DNA of 64,000 nucleotides from a virus: IMG/VR virus record IMGVR_UViG_3300023094_000009, positions 1 to 64,000 of that record; one strand, 5' to 3'. Shown piece by piece: positions 22,224 to 32,697 of this stretch (position 1 is its first letter; each line of letters starts with the position of its first letter). The notes under the pieces were generated by a model. It saw only the letters and a program-made list of their open reading frames with translations, ran no database searches and was not told where the DNA came from. The position numbers and the translations under genes were made by a program.

Positions 22224-23624
22224 ATATCGACATTCATTCTGAAAGGAAGTATATGTAAATAGATTGGGATTAGGAAAAATTACGGAAATCATTGTACTTT
22301 TTCTTTGTTAGAGGGGGAAATAGTGTCCCACCAAAGCCCACTTTCACCCATTTTTACCCACAATTTAACATTTTGCAAGCGTTTACTAATACCCAAAGAA
22401 CCCCAAAAAGAGAGATTTATTGACCAAAACACCCCAAAAAAGCACACAAACCCCCCGAAGAACTATGAAAGAATCAACACTAAAGCAGATCAAGCAGGAC
22501 ATACGGAAGTTTTTGCCAATAGCAGAAAAGGTATCCCAGTTCTGGAAGATCCCTATATATGCCACAATGTCTGTAATCATTCAGAACATGGCTATTGATG
22601 TAACAGGTACAGTTGGTTATTCCCATGAAAGGGAAGTTAAAAATCTGTATGATGGTTTGGACATTTTAAAGGAGATTTCTTTATACTATGATTCTCATTT
22701 TGAATCTTGGGTATTTGAAGAGATTGATCTTACTATCTTTGGATATGTTATGGCAGAGGATTTAGATTGATTTGTTTTTCAGTTCTTTCTTCGCCGCGGA
22801 TTTACACTATAACACTTTAAAATTATGAAAAAATTTAACGATCCAAATTACACAGACCAAGAACACAAAGAGAATCTGGAAAGGCTTGGTATTACTTCCT
22901 ACGACAAACTGGACAATAAAGAAGTGTGGTATGTTAAACCTTCTTATGGAATACATACAGTTGTTGGTTGGGATTGCTTAACTAATACCTATCTGCTTGA
23001 TTGCGGTGGGAGTTTGTTTAGGGGTAATCCTTTTTCAGTTTTTGTTGCGCCGATTTTTAGAAACAATCAACTACAAAATGACTTATCAATCCTATTGGGG
23101 TGTGATGATTGGTGTTACACAGATATCACCACAGATTACGTCAGTGACCTAGGATTTATCTTGGATATTAAAGACAGTTCTTATTTTTACGCTAAAGAAG
23201 AGGATAGGGATTTTGACAACAAATTGATTATGGATTTACTAGAAGATAAGTTTTAACGTTGAAATTATGAGCAAAAGGAAATACATCGTAACAGGGTTTG
23301 ACAATTGTAAGCCCTTTACACAGGAAGTGACATTTGAAGAGTTAGTGAGTAGCAAGGTAAATAACTACGAGTTTATCTATACTTTACAGGAAGATCTGGA
23401 CAGCATTTTAGATTTGAAGGTTGGACAATCTCTGTATGTAAAGACTACTAGAGATGGTTCAGAGGATTTAGGAGTTATTTGTAGGATTGCTTAATTTGTT
23501 TCAGTCTTTTTATTCCCGCGCCCAATTTGGGCAAGAACAAAACTGAATACACACAGACATCAAAAAGAAGAGATTTAAAGCCACTTCACATAGTAAGTGG
23601 ATAGATAGTACTAAAACAAAAAAT

Positions 23625-23801
23625 ATGAAAGCAATCTCATCACCCACCAAAGAAAGATTACTCAAACTTATCAATGACTTTTATTTTACTACAAATTGTG
23701 AGATTAGAGAAAATGATGAAGTATAGAATACAAAACTTGACAGACAGGTTGGAAATGTCAAGAAAGAAAAAGGAAGATTTGTTTATTACATGCTTAACTA
23801 A
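23625..23801 (+). pseudogene. small ORF with in-frame TAG
   Basis: MKAISSPTKERLL...ENDEV*NTKLDRQ...; TAG at 23724. Confidence 0.45.
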
Positions 23802-23806
23802 AATCC

Positions 23807-23879
23807 GTCCTCGTATCTTAACTGGTAAAGAACTATGCTCATAACATAGGCTATCTCGATTCGACTTCGGGCGAGGACA
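23807..23879 (+). tRNA. tRNA with anticodon CAT (elongator Met or Ile2)
   Basis: Acceptor GTCCTCG/CGAGGAC, D-arm TCTT/AAGA, anticodon arm CTATG-CTCATAA-CATAG, T-loop TTCGACT; no encoded CCA. Confidence 0.88.
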
Positions 23880-25383
23880 CTAATAAAAACACTATGAACA
23901 CAAGACTGAAACCCAAACAAAAAGACAAGATTCAAATTCAGGCAGAACAGCAGGAAGAATATAAACTTGAATTTGTCAAAAGAATCATTCCCAAAGAAAA
24001 TCACACGCTTTACGAAATCAATGTTGAAACAAATTCAATCACAGAAGCAAAGTTTAATCTCAATCAGGATTACAGGCTCAATTGGAATTGGAAGAAAGGT
24101 GATAGGATAGCTTCTAAGAAGTCTTTGATTGTAAATGAAGGTTGTGTATATGTTTCTGCTTTGAATAAGTCAAATGCTCTTAAACAGTATAAAAAAGAGA
24201 AGGATGGTGGTAAGCAGTTCTTTAGTGAAATTATTAAATTTTAGTTTTAACTTTTTTGCCCGAAATTATGAGCTACGAAAACACACCTATCCAAATAGGG
24301 AACAAAATATCTATCCTGTGGAATGTTTATGACAACGGCTTCGAAATACGTAAAACAGGGAAAGTAATTGAATGTGACAAGTATAGCTTCATATTGGAAA
24401 TGGACGAAACAGGAGATCAGGTGAAGGTCAACAAGCAATCAGAGTTATGGAAAAAGTTGTAAGAACTTATGGCGCAGGAAGACATATCAGTATTTCGGCA
24501 AAAGAAAAAGATAAACTGAAACAAGAAACAGTAAAAACAAAATTCAACAAAGCCTTGATAAACATCCATGCAATGGAGTATGGTATACTAGGTAATGTAG
24601 GAATAACTTATAACAGGATAGCACCAAGCAATACGAGGATGGAATATGAATTCCTTATTTTAGAATTACAAAAGAAACTTGCATCACTATGAAAATGATT
24701 ATTGGTTATTCCCTGTTATTGACAGGAAGTTATATTGTTGTTAATTGTGACAGTTTTATTTTGGGTTGTTGTCTATTCTTTGCCGGATTTTGTGTATCTT
24801 TGTGGGGAATATTGACTTTTAAATTTTAGAGATTATGAAAATAGAAGTAAGAGAATTGATGTCAGATAAAGAAATGTTGTCCCATATCTTTTTGGGTTGC
24901 ATTCCTAGGGAACAGCTATTAGAAATCAAAGAGAAATTTATTGGAGATACGGATTGGAAAAATGAGTCAGTTAAATTACCTGTGGAATTAAAAATAGCAG
25001 GTGTTGACGTAAATCCTAAAAGATTCTTTGACCAATGGAGAGATCAGATACAAGGAATCATCTTGAAAAAGGCTAAGGAATTAGTTGAAGAAAAATTAGG
25101 TTCTCAGAAGATGAGAGATATGCAAGACAAGTTGAATGAATATGAACAGGTCTTAAATGAATGGGAAAAAGAAATCAATTGGGAAGTTAAAAATCCTCTA
25201 ATTTAGAACTAATGGGAGCGCAAAACAAGCTTGTAGAAGGAGAAATATTGTACTACAAAAGAAATCTTCAGCACTTTTGGATAGAGCTATCAGATGGAAG
25301 AATAGTTGATCCAACAGCAGATCAATTCAATGATGAAGGCTATGAAATGCCTCAAATTTATTTAGGAATAAAACCAAGAAGGT

Positions 25384-25842
25384 ATGAGCGACATTCAAAG
25401 AAACTTACCAGACTACGAAAAGGCTAAAAAGGAATTACAAGAAAAGTTCACACCAACAGGAACTTATTTAGGATCTTTTGTTAGAAATGCTATACAAGGG
25501 ACAAGTTTCAAACCTAATAATCTGGGATTTCAAGTTAAGCCAAAAATAATCAAGAAAGGTGACGTAGTACTTGTTCATCAAGGAGTTAAGCCTAGACCTT
25601 GTTGCGTAGTTAAAGTGGTTGGAGATACAGTTTGTTATATTCCACTCACATCCTCAGATAATATTCATTGTTTGAGTGAAAGCAGTAGTAGGTTTTGGGG
25701 AGATGGTAGTTTCTGCAAGACCTTTGACATTTGCACTTTAGAGTACGCTTTAGATAATTTTATTGGCGTTTATGATAATCCTAAACTCCTAAATCGGGCG
25801 ATAAAAGAACTGAAAGAATACATAACAGATATGTTAAAATAA
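25384..25842 (+). CDS. PemK/MazF-like fold protein
   Basis: KKGDVVLV...KPRPCCVV...IPLTS. Confidence 0.5.
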   Translation: MSDIQRNLPDYEKAKKELQEKFTPTGTYLGSFVRNAIQGTSFKPNNLGFQVKPKIIKKGDVVLVHQGVKPRPCCVVKVVGDTVCYIPLTSSDNIHCLSESSSRFWGDGSFCKTFDICTLEYALDNFIGVYDNPKLLNRAIKELKEYITDMLK

Positions 25843-25884
25843 GGTTAAACAAAAACAATATACCAAATAAGAATATTAACTTTG
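25832..25884 (+). promoter_or_regulatory. promoter with inverted tandem box, leaderless ORF
   Basis: TGTTAA(25832)-N5-GGTTAA(25843)-N28-TAACTTTG(25877); ATG at 25889. Confidence 0.65.
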
Positions 25885-25888
25885 AAGC

Positions 25889-26731
25889 ATGATTAAAGGA
25901 ACAGACAAAGACATGAAGTGTAGAGATTTCCAGTATGAACTAGGAAAGACTTACTATGTAGACAATGAAGGAAACGTTCAGGGAGTGGATGGAGATATCA
26001 GTATGTTTATATCCTCACTTCCAACACCTAAACTTTGTAATAGGGGAGGACTCCATTATTGTGATACTTTAGAGCAAGTGTTTACACATTATTCAAGCGG
26101 GCGTTATTTTGAGATTGAAGTTTTAGGAGAAGTTGTTGGCGATGATAAAAAGAAAGCAACAAACGCCTTCAAGTTTACAAGAGAAATTTCCACAGAAGAA
26201 GTTAAAAAATACAAACACGAAATCAAGGAAGAAAAGATAGAAAAGGTATTCCAACTGGAAACTATCAGAAACCTACAAACTGAATTTCCAAATCTAATCT
26301 TAGGAGGAAGTATCTCTCTTTATCTACATGGGATCAGACTTCAAAGATTTGATAGCTGGTGTGGAGATTTTGACTTTATTCTTCCATTTTGGCAGGATTT
26401 ATCTCAATCTCTTACAACTAAAGTTAGCGAGGAAGAGGATTTCTTTGATGATGAAGGTTACGGAAGCAGTAGCGATGAAGACTTTCAGTTTCATTCCAGA
26501 TTTGCAGTAGAAGGACGAAAGGCAGATGTAAGAATCAATCCAAAAGAAAAGTATGAAGTTGTAGAATTCAAAGGGTTCAAATACAAAGTCGCTCCATTTT
26601 TGGTAACTCTAGGAGCGAAGATTCACTATGCAAAAGGTAGGAATGGAGAAAAACACAAAGCTGATGTTTTGGAGATGATCAATTTTGCAGGAAAGAAGAA
26701 ACAGAATTTAACAAGTGTATTAGAAGTATGA
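25889..26731 (+). CDS. two-domain protein: phage KGTDKDMKCR/GLHYC domain + nucleotidyltransferase-like domain
   Basis: N-terminal KGTDKDMKCRDFQYELGKTY...GLHYC; C-terminal ILGGSISLYLHG...GDFDFI. Confidence 0.55.
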   Translation: MIKGTDKDMKCRDFQYELGKTYYVDNEGNVQGVDGDISMFISSLPTPKLCNRGGLHYCDTLEQVFTHYSSGRYFEIEVLGEVVGDDKKKATNAFKFTREISTEEVKKYKHEIKEEKIEKVFQLETIRNLQTEFPNLILGGSISLYLHGIRLQRFDSWCGDFDFILPFWQDLSQSLTTKVSEEEDFFDDEGYGSSSDEDFQFHSRFAVEGRKADVRINPKEKYEVVEFKGFKYKVAPFLVTLGAKIHYAKGRNGEKHKADVLEMINFAGKKKQNLTSVLEV

Positions 26732-26817
26732 ATAAAGTATTAAACGGATTAGACATTGAGAAAGTTTTGTTTTTCGATGCAGAAGTAGTAAGAAGAAGTG
26801 AAAACTTGGGAGCGTAA
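26728..26817 (+). pseudogene. truncated 5' fragment of a DnaQ-like exonuclease
   Basis: MNKVLNGLDIEKVLFFDAEVVRRSENLGA* has an ExoI D-x-E motif and parallels the N-terminus of 28253..29257. Confidence 0.6.
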
Positions 26818-26832
26818 GAAATTTACATAAAG

Positions 26833-26863
26833 TTGTTTTTGTAGATACTTTGTATTACATTTG
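26833..26863 (+). promoter_or_regulatory. host-type promoter of the RHH/endonuclease cassette
   Basis: TTG-N20-TACATTTG; ATG at 26869. Confidence 0.7.
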
Positions 26864-26868
26864 TACCT

Positions 26869-27003
26869 ATGAAAACAAAAATAATCCAAATTAGAATTGA
26901 AGAAGACCTTAGAGATAAGCTTCAAAAATTAGCAGAATCAAATGCTTTGACCGTATCCTCACAAATTAGAATGTTGATTAAGAAAGGAGTGGAGGTTGGG
27001 TAG
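26869..27003 (+). CDS. ribbon-helix-helix (CopG/Arc-like) protein, 44 aa
   Basis: MKTKIIQIRIEEDLRDKLQKLAESNALTVSSQIRMLIKKGVEVG, translated by hand. Confidence 0.75.
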   Translation: MKTKIIQIRIEEDLRDKLQKLAESNALTVSSQIRMLIKKGVEVG

Positions 27004-28252
27004 CATATTGGGGCAAGATGATTTTATAGAAAGATGTAAAATTATCAGAAAAGATTCTTTTGACTATTCTAAGTCTATTTTTACAGGGGTGGATTCAGAA
27101 ATAATTGTAACATGTAAATTACATGGAGATATAAAGACTACACCCTACAGACACTGGAATGTGAAACATCCATGTAAGAAATGTCATTCATCTGAAAGAC
27201 TAGTAAATAAAAAAATTGATTATATAAATGATCTTAAGTTGAATAATAAGTATTTTCGAGAGAGTATTTATGAATTTATTGATTTTGATGAAAAAGATAT
27301 CAGACAAGGTTACTTTAAAAGTGAATATTCTGTTCATAGATGCTACCTTCACTCTATGCTACTAGGGGATCAAAAATTAACAGCTAATTCTACATCTGAT
27401 GTAGATTATTACTATAGGAATATGCTCCTAGATAAAAATGAAGGATTTAGGAGTGGTATTTTTAGTATAAAAGGTGTAATAAGTAGGCAAAAAGCCCCAC
27501 TTACAATAATAGTGAGAGATACGAGGGAAGAGATAGAAACTTCTTTACATTCTTTACTAAGAGGGTGTTTTTCCAAAGTAGATCAACCTAAAAAAGATCC
27601 TATCAAAAAAGTAAAATTTAACCGAATAGAGAAATATTCTAAGCTATATTTTGAAAAAATAAAACAATCAAGGGTAGATTTTTGTAATATAGACTACAGC
27701 TTTTTTGAGTACAAATATGCAAAAAGCTCTTGTAAATTCAGATGTAAAATACATGATTTAATGTATGAACAAAGATTAGATCATCACATAAACAATGTAC
27801 AAGGATGTCCCTCCTGTAAAGAACTAAAAGCAACTGGTGTTTATACTAAAACAAATATTGAAGAGAGATACAGTTCTAAAGAAGGTTTTTTATATGTAGT
27901 TAGGTTATTTAGTAATGAAGAGTCATTTTTTAAGGTCGGTATAACAAGGAGATCAATAAAAGATAGAATAAAGGAGTTTAAGGGGAATGGTTATAATACA
28001 GATGTAATACATCTAGAAAAAGGTCTTCTTATAGACGTATTTGAAAAGGAAGAAATGTTTTTAAGATTATTTGAGGATTACAAACACCAACCTTTAAATA
28101 AATTTGGAGGACATACAGAGTGTTTCAGCGAGAATATTTGGGACATATTTTATAGTTGGAATTGTGCCTCTGAGGAGTATAAGATAGAAATGGACAAAAT
28201 TTTATGTGAAGAAAGTGGAATTGATTATGAACAACAACTTTATTGCAAATAG
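26996..28252 (+). CDS. putative homing endonuclease (Zn-finger repeats + GIY-YIG-like C-terminus)
   Basis: DYS...CKxHG...CxxC repeats; GFLYVVRL...FFKVGIT...R...GGHTECF. Confidence 0.75.
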   Translation: MGSILGQDDFIERCKIIRKDSFDYSKSIFTGVDSEIIVTCKLHGDIKTTPYRHWNVKHPCKKCHSSERLVNKKIDYINDLKLNNKYFRESIYEFIDFDEKDIRQGYFKSEYSVHRCYLHSMLLGDQKLTANSTSDVDYYYRNMLLDKNEGFRSGIFSIKGVISRQKAPLTIIVRDTREEIETSLHSLLRGCFSKVDQPKKDPIKKVKFNRIEKYSKLYFEKIKQSRVDFCNIDYSFFEYKYAKSSCKFRCKIHDLMYEQRLDHHINNVQGCPSCKELKATGVYTKTNIEERYSSKEGFLYVVRLFSNEESFFKVGITRRSIKDRIKEFKGNGYNTDVIHLEKGLLIDVFEKEEMFLRLFEDYKHQPLNKFGGHTECFSENIWDIFYSWNCASEEYKIEMDKILCEESGIDYEQQLYCK

Positions 28253-29257
28253 ATGAGAGTATTAAAAAGTATTAAGAGCGAATTGATCTGCGCAATAGAC
28301 GTAGAAACTGTGAGAATAGAGGATAAATTTGAAAATCTGTCTGAGGATTACCAATCAGCGTGGGAGTACAAAAACAAACATAACGGAGAAGTACCAAATT
28401 GGGATGAGTTGCCAACTTTGTGGGAAAATACAGCATCTTTGTATGCAGAGTTTTCTAAAATTTGTGCGGTTAGTTTGGCTTATCTTGATAGTAAAGGAGG
28501 TTTAGTTTGTAAAGAGTTCTACGGAGAAAGTGAAAAAGAACTTTTATCCTCTGTGGGAATTGTCTTAGATAACATGTTTAAGCGAGATAGTTCGTACAGA
28601 TTAGTGGGACATGCTGCGAAATTTTTCGACTATTCCTTCCTCTGTAAGAGGTACATTATAAACAGACTCCCTATCCCGCAAGTTCTAGATAGCTCAGGAC
28701 TCAAACCTTGGGAAGTTTCTAACCTCTGTACAAACGAGCTTTGGAAATTAGGTGGAACTGGATCAGGAAGTTCTTTACAAGCTCTGTGTACATGTCTAGG
28801 TATCCCCACTTCTAAATCTGATTTGGTTGGAGATGAAGTTGGTAAGGCGTATTTTAATGGAGAATTAAAAAGAATTAGTCGTTATTGCTCTCAAGATACA
28901 ATTGCAGATTTTAACATATTAAGAACCTTTAAAGGAGAATCTATCTTTCAGTTTGACGAAGTAAACTACATAGTTGGTTATTCTGAAGACGGCGAACAAA
29001 GTGAAACAGAACTCCCTAAAGACGAGAGAACGCTTCTACAACGCATCTATGAGGACAGGGAGATTTCGGGCGAAACAAAAGAAGAAATAAAAAAACTGAC
29101 TTCAAAAGCTAAAATCACTAAGAAGGATAAAGAGAATTTGTTTGTTATTCTTAGGGGAGTTTTGATCCGAGAGGCTTTTGAGTTCAATGATCAGGATAAT
29201 AAAGCAACCATACAACAAAAGGAAGAACAAATCACTAACCTAATTAACGAACTTTGA
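28253..29257 (+). CDS. DnaQ-like 3'-5' exonuclease (PolB-exo-related)
   Basis: IDVETV, GHAAKFFD, YCSQD. Confidence 0.8.
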   Translation: MRVLKSIKSELICAIDVETVRIEDKFENLSEDYQSAWEYKNKHNGEVPNWDELPTLWENTASLYAEFSKICAVSLAYLDSKGGLVCKEFYGESEKELLSSVGIVLDNMFKRDSSYRLVGHAAKFFDYSFLCKRYIINRLPIPQVLDSSGLKPWEVSNLCTNELWKLGGTGSGSSLQALCTCLGIPTSKSDLVGDEVGKAYFNGELKRISRYCSQDTIADFNILRTFKGESIFQFDEVNYIVGYSEDGEQSETELPKDERTLLQRIYEDREISGETKEEIKKLTSKAKITKKDKENLFVILRGVLIREAFEFNDQDNKATIQQKEEQITNLINEL

Positions 29258-29964
29258 GCATTAAACTACCAAGTGTATTAACAGAAGAAACATGGTTCTA
29301 TAAAGATAGACCTGAAGACCAACATAAATTAAAACATTTATTAAGTAGCCCTTACATTTCTTATAGCTCTTGTGATAGCTATTATAATTACCTGAATGAC
29401 TTTATTAAGCAAAAATTCTGTAAAATTAAATTACCTGATGGGATATACGGAACTTTTGGTAGCTGGTGCGGAAATGCACTGGAGGAGGGTAAGTTTTCAG
29501 ACGATAATCCTAATGGCTTTGAGGGGCAAGAAAACTTAGACTTAGCCTCTCTCAGACCTGAAGGAGCCCTATATGAGAAGATGATTGTAATTGAGCGAGA
29601 TGGTTACTTTATTATAGGATTTATTGATAGGTGGACTAAGAGTGAGAGAGGTGTCAAAATTCGCGATCAGAAGACAGGAGGAAAGTTAAAGGAGAAGAAG
29701 TATACTGATCCTGAGTACATTCAGACAGTTCTTTACGCTCATGCAGAAGAACTTTTAGGGGAAACAATTGAAGAGACAGATGTTTACTTTATTCGCCGAG
29801 AGGGAAGTCATGTTAATCCTCCACTAAAGATTGGCAAGGAGCAATTTGCAATTCCTTTAGAGTACAATAGAGAGAGAGTGGAGTATGCCCTCAATAGAGT
29901 GGATAAAGCTGTTGAGGCTATTTCAAGCTTATATACCACGCATGTTAAAATATTCGGAGAATGA
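29254..29964 (+). CDS. PD-(D/E)XK (RecB/Cas4-like) nuclease
   Basis: ISYSS, GFIDRW, IRDQKTG, QTVLYA. Confidence 0.75.
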   Translation: MSIKLPSVLTEETWFYKDRPEDQHKLKHLLSSPYISYSSCDSYYNYLNDFIKQKFCKIKLPDGIYGTFGSWCGNALEEGKFSDDNPNGFEGQENLDLASLRPEGALYEKMIVIERDGYFIIGFIDRWTKSERGVKIRDQKTGGKLKEKKYTDPEYIQTVLYAHAEELLGETIEETDVYFIRREGSHVNPPLKIGKEQFAIPLEYNRERVEYALNRVDKAVEAISSLYTTHVKIFGE

Positions 29965-30374
29965 ACGAAAGAGATTTAATAATAGACTACTGGAACAACT
30001 TTAGGCAATTTGACGATGGACTAGAAGTTTTCCTCAAAAATAAGAACCTTAACAGGGATAGATTCTATGAATTATATTACAAATATGTAAATAGCCCAGC
30101 AAGTCCTTGGGAAGAAGATGAACTTAAAAACTAAGAAATCATGTATGTACTAACAATGAGTGTAAATGCTTATGATCAAGAAGGAGACTATCTAGTTTCT
30201 GTGTTCGACCATAAACCTACAGCAGAAGAATTAAGAATTATCCCTGACTTTAAAGATAAGCCAAATTACTTTTTATTTCATATTCTTGACGGAGGTGGTA
30301 GAATGAATGCAGAGCATGTTTGGTATCATTTGACCCAACTATCGAGTGGAGAAGTTTATGAAAGAAGGTAAACT

Positions 30375-30614
30375 ATGAAAACACACAAACTAAAAACTGT
30401 CCAACCCTATTTCCAAGATGTATTGTCTGGGGACAAGAGATTTGAAGTCAGATATAATGACAGGAATTTTCAGGTTGGTGACAGATTACTTCTTGAAGAG
30501 TACGACCCTAAGACAGGCAGTTATTCAGGAGCTAAACTAGAGTACTCAATCTGTTATATTTTGGAAGACTACCTTGCTTTGAAAGATGGTTATGTAATAC
30601 TTGGACTAAGATGA
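30375..30614 (+). CDS. ASCH/PUA-like protein (DUF3850 type)
   Basis: THKLK..PYF..V.SG.KRFEVRYNDRNFQVGD.L.L.EY...GYVILG. Confidence 0.85.
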   Translation: MKTHKLKTVQPYFQDVLSGDKRFEVRYNDRNFQVGDRLLLEEYDPKTGSYSGAKLEYSICYILEDYLALKDGYVILGLR

Positions 30615-31144
30615 AGATAACTGAAAAATGTTGGAAGATTGACTTTACAAATGTAGATGAAGCTTACATGTACAACCAAGATGAGTTCTTTTGTTATGCT
30701 AAAACAAGAGGTCAGGCTAAAAGTATTCTTTTAAAGAAACACTATGATGACTTGGTTTTATCTGGTCACAAGGAATTGACTTACTTGAATATTCCTGTTG
30801 TACGAGATAAGGCGTATGATAGGTATGACTATTTTGGTCAGTCTTTATCTTCGCGCGAAATACAAAAACTGAAACGAAAAGAAGAAAGAGAACAAGAACT
30901 CGATGCAATAGCTAAAGATGAAAGTATAACCCATTGTTACATACGGAAAGGTGGTTATTACTACAAACCTAACAACAATGGATATACAGAATATATCACT
31001 TTTGCAGGAGTCTATACTAAGAAAGATGCAATCAGATCTTGTACGGGTTGTACAGAATTGAGAGCTATTCCAATTGATATAGAGGAACACAATCAAAGAG
31101 TGAATGAACAAATTGAAAATCTCCGATTAAGACTTATTTTATGA
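30611..31144 (+). CDS. hypothetical protein
   Basis: ORF track. Confidence 0.7.
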   Translation: MKITEKCWKIDFTNVDEAYMYNQDEFFCYAKTRGQAKSILLKKHYDDLVLSGHKELTYLNIPVVRDKAYDRYDYFGQSLSSREIQKLKRKEEREQELDAIAKDESITHCYIRKGGYYYKPNNNGYTEYITFAGVYTKKDAIRSCTGCTELRAIPIDIEEHNQRVNEQIENLRLRLIL

Positions 31145-31456
31145 AAAGATTTGGCATTACAATAACTCCAACAGCTAAAAGGAAAAGACAATTTGAAGAT
31201 TTAAGGAACTATATTGTAAACTCTCAATCATTAACTCTTACACCACTTCAAATAGTTAATATACTAACTTGGGATAGACCTAGGAGAGGTTGGAAAAAGA
31301 AGTTTCGGAAATTCTTGCAAAAAGAAATAACTAAATCTTAACATTTGATTTCACTAGTAATCTATTCAATAGAGTTACCTTTGCTGTATGGGGCAAGATT
31401 GTTAACGGAGTTTCTCTTTTCAGTCTTTTTATTGCGGAAATTTTAAAAATTAAATT

Positions 31457-32203
31457 ATGATACAAGTTAAAAAATTTAACAAAACTACTTCTGAAGCAAT
31501 CATTAATAAGTTTTTATCTGAGCATCTTAATTGTCTAATAATAAGTTATAACCCTTATATTATTCAATATGAAGTATTGGAGAAGTACGAGCAACCCTTA
31601 GTTGAATTAAAGGGATTACCTATAAAATTTGCATTTGATGTGTATGCTCCATCATCATTAGGGCATGGTGGCGATCATGACCAAATTCTAGTAAAATTTA
31701 ATTCAGGTAATGTGATATTTTTTACAAATTTTATTGCGTTTATGTTACCAGATAAAAAGTTTTACAGGTTAAACCTTAATAGTAATACTTTACAGTATCC
31801 AAATGGAGATTCTGTAAAAGTTAAGTATTGGACAGAAGAGAGTAATTGGGCAAAAACAGCCATAGAAACTGGGGTTGTTAGCTATGTATATTTAAACAAA
31901 ATGTATAAGCCAATCTGTTTCAGATCCGTATACTCTAATTCCAGAGAAAAACCAACCTCTTTAGTGTCATTTCAAGACAGTCTTGTAAAAGAAGGTTTAG
32001 TGAATACCGATATGAATCACTTGTATCATGCTAGAACAAATATGTTGATGGACATTGCAAAAATTAAAGAAAAATCTGATAACCTAACTGCTGAAGTACT
32101 AGATAATGGCTTGAACAATATAGCTCATGCAACTTTAACTGGTCTAACGAGAGTTGCTAAAACAACTGGTGGAAGAAGGCCTTCTATAACTTGGGCAGGA
32201 TAA
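31457..32203 (+). CDS. hypothetical protein
   Basis: ORF track, 248 aa. Confidence 0.7.
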   Translation: MIQVKKFNKTTSEAIINKFLSEHLNCLIISYNPYIIQYEVLEKYEQPLVELKGLPIKFAFDVYAPSSLGHGGDHDQILVKFNSGNVIFFTNFIAFMLPDKKFYRLNLNSNTLQYPNGDSVKVKYWTEESNWAKTAIETGVVSYVYLNKMYKPICFRSVYSNSREKPTSLVSFQDSLVKEGLVNTDMNHLYHARTNMLMDIAKIKEKSDNLTAEVLDNGLNNIAHATLTGLTRVAKTTGGRRPSITWAG

Positions 32204-32253
32204 AACTGAAAATAAAACCCTTGAAGTGTAAACCAAATTAAAATCGTAAAGTA

Positions 32254-32697
32254 ATGAATCTAAAGAAAAATAGTTGGCATTCAGCCTTAGTACAATCAAC
32301 GTATGGAGAGGGTTCGTTGCCTCAGAGTTTATGCCCTTATTTCTGGAAACTTTTATTTGCGATTTTAGTCATTCCTTTTACATTTATAGCGCATATTGTA
32401 AATTTAATTTGTAGAGATTATGTGGTTAACGGCACTCCTTCAGTTATCTTTCTATTTCTCACTCTTGCTTTTAGTAATTTTTATGTTCCAAAAGGAGTTA
32501 CATACTTTAGTTTTTGGTGGGTTTTGTGGGGATTTTTAACTCTATGTGCTGTGGTAGGAGTAGTTGCCCTAATTATATGGTTATTTTGTATTCTAGAAGA
32601 AAGATCTGAACGAAAACAAGCTAAAAAGCCGAACATCCTAGTCGAATCATTCAAAGCCTTCAAAGGGAAATATTGTCCTAAAATTACTTGGAAATGA
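32254..32697 (+). CDS. membrane protein
   Basis: About three hydrophobic segments; SLCPYFWK...KYCP.I.W. Confidence 0.7.
   Translation: MNLKKNSWHSALVQSTYGEGSLPQSLCPYFWKLLFAILVIPFTFIAHIVNLICRDYVVNGTPSVIFLFLTLAFSNFYVPKGVTYFSFWWVLWGFLTLCAVVGVVALIIWLFCILEERSERKQAKKPNILVESFKAFKGKYCPKITWK

Larger units (their letters stand above)
17364..25427 (+). other. block of ~30 short hypothetical (probably early) ORFs
   Basis: e.g. 17364-17624, 17627-17932, 17929-18189, 18838-19110, 19470-19715, 20379-20594, 20585-20932, 22420-22770, 22825-23256, 23894-24244, 24835-25206. Confidence 0.75.

Noticed and set aside
29254-29964. cas4 of a CRISPR-Cas system
   Set aside because: No array or other cas genes, and no four-Cys Fe-S pattern; treated as a generic PD-(D/E)XK nuclease.
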